From: a virus
Lineage: Duplodnaviria > Caudoviricetes
Strand: one strand, 5' to 3'
DNA: 64,000 bases
IMG/VR virus record: IMGVR_UViG_2706795919_000001
Span: 11,817-75,816 of that record
Below, in pieces: positions 28,827 to 38,193 of this stretch. Under the pieces are notes generated by a model. It was not told the DNA's origin. It worked only from the letters and a program-made list of their open reading frames with translations, and ran no database searches. Every line of letters starts with the position of its first letter. Position 1 is the first letter of the stretch. The position numbers were made by a program, and so were the translations under genes.

Positions 28827-30266
28827 ATGACCACATTCCTACGCAGCCTGCAAGAGCAGTTCAACCACACCACTACGGAGAACGGCGCTCTGGCCCATAA
28901 GAGCAGCTTCGATCCGGTGGTGGACTACTTCGGCCTGGCGGGCGCTATGCGTAACCGGGCTGAGGCTTCGGCTGACCTGTTTGAGACGGCGTTCCGCTCA
29001 GACGTGCAGGCCGCGATCCGGACCCTGTTCTATCTGCGTGATGTGCGCGGCGGCCAGGGGGAGCGCGATGTGTTCCGCGCTGGCCTTAAGCGGCTCGTCG
29101 GCCTTAGCCCCGTTAAGGCGGGCCGGGTGTTGCAGCATGTCCCGTTCTACGGGCGGTGGGACGATCTGCTGATTGAGGGTGTGTTCCATCACCCGGAGGT
29201 CCAGAAGATCATCCTTAACCAGTGGACGGCTGACGTTGCGGCTTACGAGCGCGGCGAGGGCGTGTCCCTGATGGCTAAGTGGCTCCCGTCCGACAAGGCG
29301 GCGAACAAGGAACTGGCTATCGCGGTCCGTAAGTCTCTGGGCCTGACGCAGCGTGAGTACCGCCAGACGCTTAGCGCGCTTAGGTCGCGGATCGGTCTGC
29401 TTGAGTCGTCCATGTCCCGGAACGAGTGGGATATCGACTACGGCAAGCTCCCGGCGCAGGCGCACCGTAAGCACGTCAAGGCTTTCCGGCGTCACTCGGA
29501 GGGCGAGTACCAGGCGTACTTGGATGCCGTCGAGCGCGGCGAAGCCAAGATCAACACGTCCACGCTGTACCCGCATGAGCTTTACGAAATGGCGACCCAC
29601 TACGGCGGCGACCGTAAGGCCGCTGACGTGATGTGGAACAACCTGCCGGATTACACGCGCGGCGCTGAGGCCATCGTCATGGCTGACGTGTCGGGGTCCA
29701 TGCACCAGTCGTGGAGCCAGGGCGCTAACCCAATCGCGGTGTCCGTCTCGTTGGCGCTGTACTTCGCAGAGCGGAACCAGGGCGACTACGCGGGCTACTT
29801 CATGACCTTTGCGTCCACTCCGGCGCTCATGAAGGTGCCTTCCGGGGACCTGAGTGCCCGTCTGAGCGCCGTGGAGAACTCTACGGGGTGGATGGGTAGC
29901 ACAGACGTTGGAAAGGCGTTTGACGCGATCCTGGCGGCTGGCGTGAAGTCGGGCACTGTCCCGGCCACTCTCTACATCATTTCGGACATGCAGTTCGACC
30001 AAGCGATTGACGACGGAAACGATACGACGTTCCAGACGGCTAAGCGGAAGTTCGCGGCTGCCGGGCTGGAACTGCCTCATGTCGTGTTCTGGAACGTGGA
30101 CGCTCGGAACGATCAGCTTCCGGCGACGATCTTGGACGGCCAAGTCACCTTGGTTTCCGGCTTCTCGCCTACGACGTTCGGTATGGCGGTAGAGGGCAAG
30201 ACTCCGCGCGAGCTTGTGGACTCCGTTATCAACGGTGAGCGCTACGAGCGGATTAATCCGTTCTAA
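28827..30266 (+). CDS. Ro60-like RNA-binding protein (TROVE-like/DUF2828 plus vWA domain)
   Basis: TTENGA, FYLRDVRGGQGER, GRWDDL, AKWLPS; MIDAS DVSGSM..STD..ISDMQFD. Confidence 0.88.
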   Translation: MTTFLRSLQEQFNHTTTENGALAHKSSFDPVVDYFGLAGAMRNRAEASADLFETAFRSDVQAAIRTLFYLRDVRGGQGERDVFRAGLKRLVGLSPVKAGRVLQHVPFYGRWDDLLIEGVFHHPEVQKIILNQWTADVAAYERGEGVSLMAKWLPSDKAANKELAIAVRKSLGLTQREYRQTLSALRSRIGLLESSMSRNEWDIDYGKLPAQAHRKHVKAFRRHSEGEYQAYLDAVERGEAKINTSTLYPHELYEMATHYGGDRKAADVMWNNLPDYTRGAEAIVMADVSGSMHQSWSQGANPIAVSVSLALYFAERNQGDYAGYFMTFASTPALMKVPSGDLSARLSAVENSTGWMGSTDVGKAFDAILAAGVKSGTVPATLYIISDMQFDQAIDDGNDTTFQTAKRKFAAAGLELPHVVFWNVDARNDQLPATILDGQVTLVSGFSPTTFGMAVEGKTPRELVDSVINGERYERINPF

Positions 30267-30308
30267 AAATTCCATAGCTGCGGGCTAGGCCGTAAGCTAT
30301 GCGATAGG

Positions 30309-30359
30309 TGGACACAGACAGCAATTACTTTGTTTGCATACAACAGAGAAATGTGTCCA
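30309..30359 (+). ncRNA. Y-RNA-like unit 1 (CAU-loop hairpin cargo)
   Basis: TGGACACA/TGTGTCCA stem, ACAGCAA, CTTTGTT-TGCATAC-AACAGAG. Confidence 0.72.
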
Positions 30360-30369
30360 GTAATGCTTG

Positions 30370-30498
30370 TGGACCCCCACAGCAATTGACAACTCACAGG
30401 AAAAACCGGTGGTCGCGGGTTCGAGTCCCGCTCGCTCGGGTTGACCGGGCGATAGCTCAGTGGGTAGAGCATTGGTCGCAGTTAACAAACGGGGTCCA
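30370..30498 (+). ncRNA. Y-RNA unit 2, YrlA-like with permuted tRNA domain
   Basis: TGGACCCC/GGGGTCCA stem, ACAGCAA, T arm, loop-closed acceptor stem, then D arm. Confidence 0.88.
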
Positions 30499-30511
30499 GT
30501 TAAAGCGGTTG

Positions 30512-30566
30512 TGGACGGTAACAGCAACCTAAAACTTTCACTGCTAATGAAATCAAATTCCGTCCA
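30512..30566 (+). ncRNA. Y-RNA-like unit 3 (Ser-GCT anticodon hairpin cargo)
   Basis: TGGACGG/CCGTCCA stem, ACAGCAA, TTTCA-CTGCTAA-TGAAA. Confidence 0.75.
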
Positions 30567-30583
30567 GTCTTACCGCGCAGATC

Positions 30584-30624
30584 GCCTCCGTATTCAGCCT
30601 TAGCGGCTGACCGGGGGCTTTTTT
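30584..30624 (+). terminator. Intrinsic terminator after the Ro/Y-RNA unit
   Basis: GCCTCCG..TCAGCC / GGCTGA.CGGGGGC followed by TTTTTT. Confidence 0.85.
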
Positions 30625-30647
30625 GTGCCCAAACTAAGGGAGACACC

Positions 30648-30989
30648 ATGAAAAAGATCATTGGCGGCGCGCTGGTCGCTGCGGTCGCGCTGGCGCTGCC
30701 CGCTTGCGCTACGCAAAACCAGCACTGGGAGTCCAACTGCACGGTCACGTCTAAGGACATGATCTATGGCGGCGATAAGGACTCGGGCACCACGCGGACT
30801 AAGCGCCTGAGCACGTCGTGCGGCGCGTTCAACGTGGAGGACGCCTGGGAGGTTGGCGCGTTCAACTCCTACGACCTGTGGGCCAAGCTGGAAGTCGGTA
30901 AGACCTACGACCTCAAGGTTGGCGGCATCCGTAACGGCTTCATGTCCATGTTCCAGACGGTGATTGAGGTCAAGGGTCCGAATGGCTAG
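30648..30989 (+). CDS. Secreted lipoprotein
   Basis: MKKIIGG..LALPAC lipobox. Confidence 0.78.
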   Translation: MKKIIGGALVAAVALALPACATQNQHWESNCTVTSKDMIYGGDKDSGTTRTKRLSTSCGAFNVEDAWEVGAFNSYDLWAKLEVGKTYDLKVGGIRNGFMSMFQTVIEVKGPNG

Positions 30990-31299
30990 CCGGATCGTTC
31001 GGGAGGCCATCGCTAAGTACGCGGAGGCTAAGGGCCGGGACGGCGGGATGGACACCTTCTACCCGGTGCCTAACCGGGCCATGAAGCGGGCGTTCACCTT
31101 CGGCGGCAAGAAAACCCTGATCCCTAGCGGTAACGGTGTGCCTGCGGTGCTGATGCGCGAGGGCCGGTCGCGGATTACGAGGGGTACCTCGCGGCCTCAG
31201 TCTCGCGGCAAGGTGCTAACGGACGGCCTTAAGCCGATCTTCGTTGACGAGCACGGCGAAGTCGTGGACATGGCGAAGTTCTATGAGGCGGCAGCGTGA
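30982..31299 (+). CDS. Hypothetical protein
   Basis: Overlapping start, basic protein. Confidence 0.6.
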   Translation: MASRIVREAIAKYAEAKGRDGGMDTFYPVPNRAMKRAFTFGGKKTLIPSGNGVPAVLMREGRSRITRGTSRPQSRGKVLTDGLKPIFVDEHGEVVDMAKFYEAAA

Positions 31300-31591
31300 T
31301 CGTTGAGGCACTTCTGACGGCGCTGGTCATGGTTCTGCTGATCATGGTTGCGTTCGCGCCCTGGTACGTCATCCTCGCGCTGCTCTTGGCGTTCGGTGCC
31401 GGTTACGTCTACGCGGGGAGGGTTTATGAGTTTCCGCGTAGAGGTTAAGTGCGCTAAGGGCGATCCGCGAATCATCGTCACTGACCGTGAGCCGGTCGTC
31501 GGAAAAATCGGAACGTTAACCGTCCTTAAGGACTCGTCGTACGTGGTGTACGGGCCGGGTTATTGGCAGAGCTACAGCGTGGAGGAACACA

Positions 31592-31783
31592 GTGGAACCT
31601 AAATACCCGATTGGCACCGTGCTCTACAAGCGGTTCCCCGACGTGGGTCCGGACGCGTTCGACGTGTTCGTAATGACGCATTACGGGTGGGTCGCTACTG
31701 ACCAGTACGGCGTCCAGACCGGCCAGTTCCCGCAGTTCGACGCGGAGACGGACAACATCACGCCGAAGGTTAGCGAGGCGTAA
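31592..31783 (+). CDS. Hypothetical protein
   Basis: GAGGA RBS, 63 aa. Confidence 0.6.
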   Translation: MEPKYPIGTVLYKRFPDVGPDAFDVFVMTHYGWVATDQYGVQTGQFPQFDAETDNITPKVSEA

Positions 31784-32760
31784 TCACCGACTATCAAGTA
31801 AAGCGGGACTACTGGGATAGGCCAATCGTCTGGCCCGAAGGGGAGACGGACCTATCCGGGGAGTGGAAAGACGGGAGAGGGCGCGATGGCAAGCCAAAGC
31901 GATGGTTCCGGCCAAGGTCCAAAGGCGCTAAGGGCTATAGCCGCGCGTCAGGTGCCGGGAAAGGGCTTGACTCCAAAGACGGCCTTGTCGATTGGGCAGC
32001 CTGTCAAGCTGCCGTTGGAATCATGCTCGATGCCTCCGCGCGCTCAGAGGTCACAACGCTTATCAACGAGTACGAAGCCGACCCTTGGAACAAAGGCGAC
32101 GACGGAGGTACCCGCTCCGGTAAGCAGCGGCTTAAGGACGCAGTTGAGCAAGCCCGTAACACTGCGGGTCAGCACACTGCTGCTTCTGCTGGGACTGAGT
32201 TCCATAAGCTCGGCGAGCTACGCAATAAGGGTAAGAAACCGCATGTCGTCCAAGAGCACCTAAAGGAACCGCTCTCTAAGTACGACCAGGCGGTTGAGCC
32301 GATTGAGTTCATTAGCCAAGAAATCCTTATCGTCAACGACGCTCTGGAACTGGCTGGCTCGGTCGATTACCTCATGGGCTTGCCTCCGGGGATCACCACG
32401 CCTGACGGGGTGTTCCACGAAAAGGAATTGGTTGTGGTGGGCGACCTTAAGACGGGTCGCTGGGACGCGCGGTATCCGCTTAGCGTGACGTGCCAATTGT
32501 GCGCCTACGGGACTGGTGTGCGTTATGACCAGGAGACGAACACTCGGACTCCCCTGCATAACCAGATCAATACCAAGTGGGGCGTCATGGTGCATTTCCC
32601 GATCATGACTAAGGACCCGGAGGTTCGCTTCTTTTGGGTGGACTTGGAACTTGGGCTTAAGGCGTCTTTGCTCGCTAAAGAGGTTCAGGCGATGCGTAAC
32701 CAGTTCAACTCAAAGGACGCGCAGCTTACGGAATTGGATTTGAGCAAGTATCAATGGTGA
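31783..32760 (+). CDS. PD-(D/E)XK exonuclease (Cas4/RecE-like), apparent ATC start
   Basis: GTEFH, AGSVD, GDLKTG, QLCAYG; frame open 80 codons upstream of the first ATG. Confidence 0.82.
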   Translation: MTDYQVKRDYWDRPIVWPEGETDLSGEWKDGRGRDGKPKRWFRPRSKGAKGYSRASGAGKGLDSKDGLVDWAACQAAVGIMLDASARSEVTTLINEYEADPWNKGDDGGTRSGKQRLKDAVEQARNTAGQHTAASAGTEFHKLGELRNKGKKPHVVQEHLKEPLSKYDQAVEPIEFISQEILIVNDALELAGSVDYLMGLPPGITTPDGVFHEKELVVVGDLKTGRWDARYPLSVTCQLCAYGTGVRYDQETNTRTPLHNQINTKWGVMVHFPIMTKDPEVRFFWVDLELGLKASLLAKEVQAMRNQFNSKDAQLTELDLSKYQW

Positions 32761-33542
32761 ACGGAGAGCAATTGAGTGAAGAGTCCGTAAAGGCTGCGCC
32801 TAAGAAGTTCACGCTGGCTGAGGCTGAGGCCCAGATCGGTGACCTGACGGCGCTAGTGGAGGACATTCAGGCACGCGGCGGTACCGGCGACAAGCCGACT
32901 GTCTTTGAGGCGTGGAACGCGGTCATGCGCGATGTGCAGGCGATCCGTAAGGATTCCTACAACTCGGGGCAGAAGTTCAACTTCCGTGGCATTGACGCGG
33001 TGATGAACGCGGTTGGCCCGGCGTTGCGCGAGCACGGCGTTACGGTCGTCCCCCGCGCGCTTAGCGCCGAAGCGGAGCGTTACCAGACTGCTAAGGGCGG
33101 TCAGATGTGTAACCGCACCGTGGAAATGGGCTTCCGGGTGTTCGGCCCGGCTGGCGACTACTTCGACGGCACGGCGTACGGCGAGGCTGCCGACTCGGGC
33201 GATAAGTCGATGACTAAGGCTGAGTCCGTCGCGCTTAGGACGTTCCTCCTGCAATCGCTGATGATCCCGACTGACGATCCGGACCCGGACGCTGAGTCGC
33301 ATGAGCGGGCCACTCCGGCTACCGCTGCACGCTTGCAGGCTCCGGCTCCCCCGGTGGGTAACGCGGACTCCGCTAAGGCTCGCGGTGAGCTTAAGGAACT
33401 GGCCGGGCAGAAGGGTTGGGACCTGAACGCGATTGCGGACAAGTTCGCAGCCGACAACAACGGCAAGTTGCTTAAGGACGCGACCGGCGAAGAGGTCACG
33501 GCCTACAAGAACCTTCTAGAGACAGGGGCGGTAACCGTCTAA
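32754..33542 (+). CDS. erf: Erf-family ssDNA annealing protein
   Basis: FNFRGIDAVMNAV.P, GEAADSGDK..KA, IPTDDPDPD. Confidence 0.88.
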   Translation: MVNGEQLSEESVKAAPKKFTLAEAEAQIGDLTALVEDIQARGGTGDKPTVFEAWNAVMRDVQAIRKDSYNSGQKFNFRGIDAVMNAVGPALREHGVTVVPRALSAEAERYQTAKGGQMCNRTVEMGFRVFGPAGDYFDGTAYGEAADSGDKSMTKAESVALRTFLLQSLMIPTDDPDPDAESHERATPATAARLQAPAPPVGNADSAKARGELKELAGQKGWDLNAIADKFAADNNGKLLKDATGEEVTAYKNLLETGAVTV

Positions 33543-33814
33543 TGCTTAACAACACGATTGCAGGTGTGCCGGTCAACCTCATTGAGGCTCCGGCACACCT
33601 GTTCGTGCCCTGCGAGCAGTGCTTTGAGAAAGAGGCTGAGTTCGCAATCGGGCACTCGGATCACAAGCTGGTCTGCGAAGCGTGCATGGATTGGGGCGAC
33701 TCGCGGCGCTGGTGGCATCTTGAGCCACGTCAGGCGCTTAAGGGCAGCGGAGCTATCGCCCTGGCCCACGACGCGGAGCACGACGCTTACACGTACTGGG
33801 TGTGGGCCGCATGA
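33542..33814 (+). CDS. Small zinc-binding protein
   Basis: CEQC..CEAC. Confidence 0.6.
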   Translation: MLNNTIAGVPVNLIEAPAHLFVPCEQCFEKEAEFAIGHSDHKLVCEACMDWGDSRRWWHLEPRQALKGSGAIALAHDAEHDAYTYWVWAA

Positions 33815-34119
33815 GTCATCCACCAGTGCTGCCCAGCGCTAAGGGTGCGCCAGTCCTGTGGGACGCGCGCCAGCTTATTTCCTCGTTTGAGGACGGTAAC
33901 GAACACGGCTGGCATGAGGAACTGCAATTCCTCTGGTTTGACGACCGTGAGCGGACGATGAAGCTGCTAGACGAGGTTGGCAACGTGGGCCGGATCATGG
34001 AGCCGGTCACCGTGGGTCACGACCGCCGCGTGTGGGACGGCCATCACCGGATCGCGGTAGCTCTCGCGCTTAGCTTGCCGGTCCCTGTTGTGTTCGCGGA
34101 AGAACAGGGGACTAGTTGA
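33811..34119 (+). CDS. ParB/Srx-like domain protein
   Basis: IMEPVTV..VWDGHHRIAVA. Confidence 0.72.
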   Translation: MSHPPVLPSAKGAPVLWDARQLISSFEDGNEHGWHEELQFLWFDDRERTMKLLDEVGNVGRIMEPVTVGHDRRVWDGHHRIAVALALSLPVPVVFAEEQGTS

Positions 34120-34487
34120 GTGACGATATCCACGAATACAACCCGATATCGGTAGAGCGGGAAATCCTCAGCACAGTTAACGAACTGTCTAAGGGGATTG
34201 GCACGGCGCGGGACGCCCACAAGTCGTTCCTAGAGGCTGAGCGTGCTTACAAGCGCGCTTATGCCCGCGCGTTCATGGCCCATAAGGGACCGCAGACGGA
34301 AAAGCGGGTAGCCGCGAACATCGTCCCGGAAGTCATGGACGCTGAGGATCAGCGGGACGCGCTAGACGTGGCCTACTCCTACGCTAAAGACCTTAACAAG
34401 GCGCTTAGCTCAAAGCTGGACGCTATTCGCTCGGTGGGAGCTTCGGTGCGCCAGGCGTACGCGAACGCTGGCCGTGGCGAGTGGTGA
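34116..34487 (+). CDS. Coiled-coil protein of the recombination module
   Basis: 123 aa, helical. Confidence 0.7.
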   Translation: MSDDIHEYNPISVEREILSTVNELSKGIGTARDAHKSFLEAERAYKRAYARAFMAHKGPQTEKRVAANIVPEVMDAEDQRDALDVAYSYAKDLNKALSSKLDAIRSVGASVRQAYANAGRGEW

Positions 34488-34806
34488 GGCTGCCTGCCGT
34501 CGATTGATCAAGCCGCGCTCTGAGGGCTTCTGTGAGCGATGTACGGCGTGGGGCAACCTGACCCTGCATCACCGCAAGAAACGCTCTCAGGGCGGCTTGT
34601 GGACGGCTGATAACTGCGTCCTGTTGTGCGGCCACGGTACGACCGGCTGCCACGGATGGATTGAGCATCACCCAGACCTAGCGGAAGCGCAGGGCTGGCA
34701 TGTGCGCCCTTGGCAGGAGCCGTCTGAGGTTCCTGTGCTTTGGCGCGGAAACGAATGGGTTCTCTTAACTCCCGAAGGAACGATGAATGACTATCACGTT
34801 GGATGA
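34474..34806 (+). CDS. HNH endonuclease
   Basis: CERC..HHRKKRSQGG..N.VLLC..CHGWIE. Confidence 0.85.
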   Translation: MASGEAACRRLIKPRSEGFCERCTAWGNLTLHHRKKRSQGGLWTADNCVLLCGHGTTGCHGWIEHHPDLAEAQGWHVRPWQEPSEVPVLWRGNEWVLLTPEGTMNDYHVG

Positions 34807-35248
34807 TGCGCGCGCTGATCTGTCGGACAAGATCGAAGAGGGCACCGACTGTCCTTGCTGCGGTCAGTTCGCCAAGGTCTACCGGGTTAAGTTCCCGGCT
34901 ACTGCGGTCAAGCTGATGATCGAAATGCTTAAGCAGCACCGCAACGGAGTGCAGTGGGTCCACGCTCCTACCGCTGGTCCTCCCGGAGGCAACCCGGTTA
35001 AGGCGCGGCACTGGGGGCTGATTGAGCCTATGCCGGATGCGGTGCGCGAGGACGGCTCTAAGCGCGTCGGCCTGTGGCGGCTCACGACGAACGGTTACGC
35101 GTTCGTGCGCGGCATGTTGAACGTGCCTAAGTACGCCAACTTGTTCAACAACGAGTGCTTGGGGCTGGACGCGAGCGAGGGCTACGTGTCTGCCGAAGAG
35201 GCGCTTGGTCACAACTTCAACTACCGGGAGCTAATGGCGGGTGTCTGA
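34787..35248 (+). CDS. Hypothetical protein (CPCC motif, winged-helix-like)
   Basis: 153 aa, overlaps both neighbours in operon. Confidence 0.65.
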   Translation: MTITLDDARADLSDKIEEGTDCPCCGQFAKVYRVKFPATAVKLMIEMLKQHRNGVQWVHAPTAGPPGGNPVKARHWGLIEPMPDAVREDGSKRVGLWRLTTNGYAFVRGMLNVPKYANLFNNECLGLDASEGYVSAEEALGHNFNYRELMAGV

Positions 35249-35921
35249 CTTCGGCAGGATTGACCGGAAGTTCTGGGATCATCCCAAAGCTAAGCAAGCC
35301 GGTAACGCTGCGCTAGGTCTGTGGGCTAAGGCGAACTCCTGGTGCCGGGATAACCGGTCCGGGGGGTTCGTCCCCCGCGATGTTGTGCTAGAGCTTGGCA
35401 CTCGGGATGAGGCCAATGCTCTCGTCTCGGCCCGGCTCTGGAAGCGGGTCGATAAGGACGGCGCGTTTATCGGCGTGCAGTTCAACGACTACGACCATTG
35501 GAACGACGACGTTGAGCCAAACACCGTCGCGGGCGATCTGGTCCGCAAGGTCGTTCCGGAATCCCAGCCGCTAAGCATCCGTAAGCAGTTGGTCAAAAAG
35601 ACTGCGGAAATGCTGCGGGAGGGGATCGACGCGGAGATTTTGGAGCGCGCACTTAACCTCTGGCTCGCTAAGGACTTCGGGCCGGGCATCTTGCCCAACC
35701 TCGTCAGTGAGGCGCAGAAAGAGGCACAGCGCGCGGCCACGCTCCGCAACACCATTACCAAGTGCCTTGAGACTGGGCAGGTCAGTCCGCTTAAGGCATA
35801 CGGGTACATCTTCACGCCTCCTGTTCCTCCGGACGGTCTAGACGTTAATCAGCGTCGGGATTGGATGGCCGGGGCTAAGCGGGATTGGCTGAACGAACTT
35901 AGAGGGAGGGTGGCTGCCTAA
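35241..35921 (+). CDS. Putative replication initiator / helicase loader
   Basis: RID.KFWDHPK..ALGLW N-terminus; lies upstream of DnaB. Confidence 0.6.
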   Translation: MSDFGRIDRKFWDHPKAKQAGNAALGLWAKANSWCRDNRSGGFVPRDVVLELGTRDEANALVSARLWKRVDKDGAFIGVQFNDYDHWNDDVEPNTVAGDLVRKVVPESQPLSIRKQLVKKTAEMLREGIDAEILERALNLWLAKDFGPGILPNLVSEAQKEAQRAATLRNTITKCLETGQVSPLKAYGYIFTPPVPPDGLDVNQRRDWMAGAKRDWLNELRGRVAA

Positions 35922-36220
35922 TGGGCGGCATCGCTTATCCGCGCCGTGATGACTTGGTGCGGTACGAGAAGTTCGACGGATCGCTTGAATCGGTGCAGCG
36001 CATCGTCAACCTGACTAAGACGGAATTGACGATCAGCTTTAAGCAGCGTCCCAATTTCCTAGAGGGGGACAAGCTCACCATTTCCAGCATTCCTTTTAGC
36101 GGCGGGGCTATTCAGCTAGGCGACTTCGTGACCGTCAGCAATGCCGGTCAGGTCTCCGTGTTTCCCGGCGACGTGTTTCACGCCAAGTTCGATATCAGCA
36201 AGATTGCCGGAGGTTCTTAA
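35921..36220 (+). CDS. Hypothetical protein
   Basis: TAATG overlap, 99 aa. Confidence 0.6.
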   Translation: MGGIAYPRRDDLVRYEKFDGSLESVQRIVNLTKTELTISFKQRPNFLEGDKLTISSIPFSGGAIQLGDFVTVSNAGQVSVFPGDVFHAKFDISKIAGGS

Positions 36221-37486
36221 TTGACAGAGGCCCAGCCACCGCAGGACGCTAACGCGGAACAGTGCGTTATCGGTTCCATTCTCATGTCGGCTAAGGCGCT
36301 TAACACGCTTTCGACGATGCTTACGGCTGAGGACTTCTACCGCCCGATCCACGGCGAGATTTTCTCGGCGGCAATGCACCTGCTCTCTGCCGGGGAGCCG
36401 GTGGACGCGATGACGACCGCCAAAGAGCTTGAGGCTCGCGGCCAGCTTCGCAAAATCGGCGGGGCACCGTACTTGCTCACCTGTCTAGAGGTCACGCCTA
36501 CCGCGACTAACGCTGAGGCGTACGCGCGCATGGTGCAGGACAAGGCGAAGCTCCGGCGCATGGCTGAGCTTGGTAACAGGCTTAAGCAACTGGCGTACTC
36601 GGAGACGAGCACTAGCGAGGACGTAGCCACGCTCCTGGGCGAGGGCGAGAAGTTCTTTCGGCAGGAGCATGAGCCGGATGACAAGGCGCTCACGTTCGGG
36701 AAGATGATCGACTCCTGGGAGCACTGGCAGTCCACGGCTGAGGGCTATATCAAGACTCCGTGGGAGCCGGTGAATGAGCGGCTGAATGGCGGTCTACAGC
36801 GCGGCAGGCTCTACACCATTGGTGCTAGGCCGGGCGTCGGTAAAAGTGTCGCAGCGTTGCAGCTAGCCGCCAATTCGGCGTTCTGGGGCTTCCCTGCCGC
36901 GTACTTCACGCTGGAAATGTCCTCGGATGAGGTCACGTCGCGTCTGGTGTCTGCCGGAGCGGGCGTGGACTTTAGCCGGATCATGCGTAAGAAGATCGAC
37001 CTTGAGGACCGCGCGAAGATCGACAACTACCTCAAGCTGAACGACACCATGCCGCTACAGGTGGTTGACCGGGCGACGATCACGACAGAGCAGATCGTGG
37101 CTCACTGCCGGTCGGTCGGGAATCTGGACACGGTTGTCGTGGACTACCTGCAATTGATCAATCCCAGTGACCGTAAGGCTTCGCGCGAGCAGCAAGTAGC
37201 GCATATGTCCCGGTCGCTAAAGATCGCGGCGCGTGAGCTAAACGTCGCAATGGTGGTCTGTTCGCAGCTTAACCGTGGCCCGCTTAAGGACGGAAAGGTC
37301 CGCGCTCCGAATATCGGGGACTTGCGCGAGTCGGGCGCGGTTGAACAGGACTCGGATGTGGTTCTGCTGCTGCATAACGACGAGGACGATCCGGGCATCG
37401 TTCAAATGATTATCGGTAAGAACCGAAACGGGAGGATGGGCGATCTTGCGCTCAACTTTGAGGGTCACTATCAGCGGATCACATGA
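36221..37486 (+). CDS. dnaB: DnaB-like replicative helicase
   Basis: AEQCVIG, GARPGVGKS, VVDYLQL, SQLNR, DLRESGAVEQDSD, KNRNG. Confidence 0.96.
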   Translation: MTEAQPPQDANAEQCVIGSILMSAKALNTLSTMLTAEDFYRPIHGEIFSAAMHLLSAGEPVDAMTTAKELEARGQLRKIGGAPYLLTCLEVTPTATNAEAYARMVQDKAKLRRMAELGNRLKQLAYSETSTSEDVATLLGEGEKFFRQEHEPDDKALTFGKMIDSWEHWQSTAEGYIKTPWEPVNERLNGGLQRGRLYTIGARPGVGKSVAALQLAANSAFWGFPAAYFTLEMSSDEVTSRLVSAGAGVDFSRIMRKKIDLEDRAKIDNYLKLNDTMPLQVVDRATITTEQIVAHCRSVGNLDTVVVDYLQLINPSDRKASREQQVAHMSRSLKIAARELNVAMVVCSQLNRGPLKDGKVRAPNIGDLRESGAVEQDSDVVLLLHNDEDDPGIVQMIIGKNRNGRMGDLALNFEGHYQRIT

Positions 37487-37764
37487 GTAAGGACATAGAG
37501 GCGCTTATGTCGCCTAAGCCGCTGCATTGGACCGAAGAGGCTCTTTGTCATGACGACCGGCGCTTTACCGGAGACGAGAAGTTTCTAGGTCCGCAGGACT
37601 GGACGGAAATGGCCGCTAAGTGCTTTGACTGCCCGGTCCGTAAGCAGTGCGACGACTGGGCTAACCGTGAGGGCGTTACCGACGTATTCGCGGCGGGCTA
37701 TTGGAGGCATGGACATGGCGAGGACGGCGAAGCCGAAACCGGAATCGGAGACGGCACCGGCTAG
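37483..37764 (+). CDS. whiB: WhiB-like protein (divergent)
   Basis: W.EEALC..CFDCPVRKQC; DVFAAG in place of GVWGG. Confidence 0.7.
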   Translation: MSKDIEALMSPKPLHWTEEALCHDDRRFTGDEKFLGPQDWTEMAAKCFDCPVRKQCDDWANREGVTDVFAAGYWRHGHGEDGEAETGIGDGTG

Positions 37765-37911
37765 TAGGCCAGCTTGGCAGTTTCAACGGTTCACGCCCGC
37801 TACGGGTAGGAACCGGCTCCTGTTCTCCTACGAGGGCGGGGACGAGCTTCTGAATGACAAGGGTGTCAATGCTGCGCTAACGAGGCTTAGCGAGCAGTTA
37901 AGGGGCGTGAA

Positions 37912-38070
37912 GTGACGGCGTATTTCAACGTTCTCCGGGCGGCTGCCGGTGAGAACCCTTGGGGGCACGGCTGCGCGGGTTGCGGCCAGTCCACCTACGG
38001 CCAGCGGCACGGCGCTTGCGAGCGCTGCGAAGGCGGTTACGACGACGAAGAGGACTACCCGCGTGACTGA
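37912..38070 (+). CDS. 52-aa zinc-ribbon protein (absent from ORF track)
   Basis: GTGA overlap; CAGC..CERC. Confidence 0.5.
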   Translation: MTAYFNVLRAAAGENPWGHGCAGCGQSTYGQRHGACERCEGGYDDEEDYPRD

Positions 38071-38193
38071 GCCAGATGACGACTACGAGAACCCGGTAGG
38101 GGAAGTGCTGGACGACGACACCGTTAAGGACTTGGCGTCGGCGCATTTCACCTACTCCATTGCCGGTCTATTGGGAATCAAGTTAGGGAGTCC

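Noticed and set aside
28998-30275. 425-aa antisense ORF opposite the Ro-like gene, and similar long shadow ORFs elsewhere
   Set aside because: Expected shadow frames in GC-rich coding DNA; no motifs or RBS
30405-30476. Canonical tRNA gene
   Set aside because: T arm precedes D arm, the acceptor is closed by a loop and there is no anticodon loop
30309-30566. Repeat-spacer pattern read as a mini CRISPR array
   Set aside because: Repeats are short and split, their ends pair with each other, inserts vary widely in length and are structured, and there is no cas operon; a Y-RNA scaffold fits better
31783-32760. Cas4 as evidence of a CRISPR system
   Set aside because: It lies next to Erf and is best read as the exonuclease of a recombination pair
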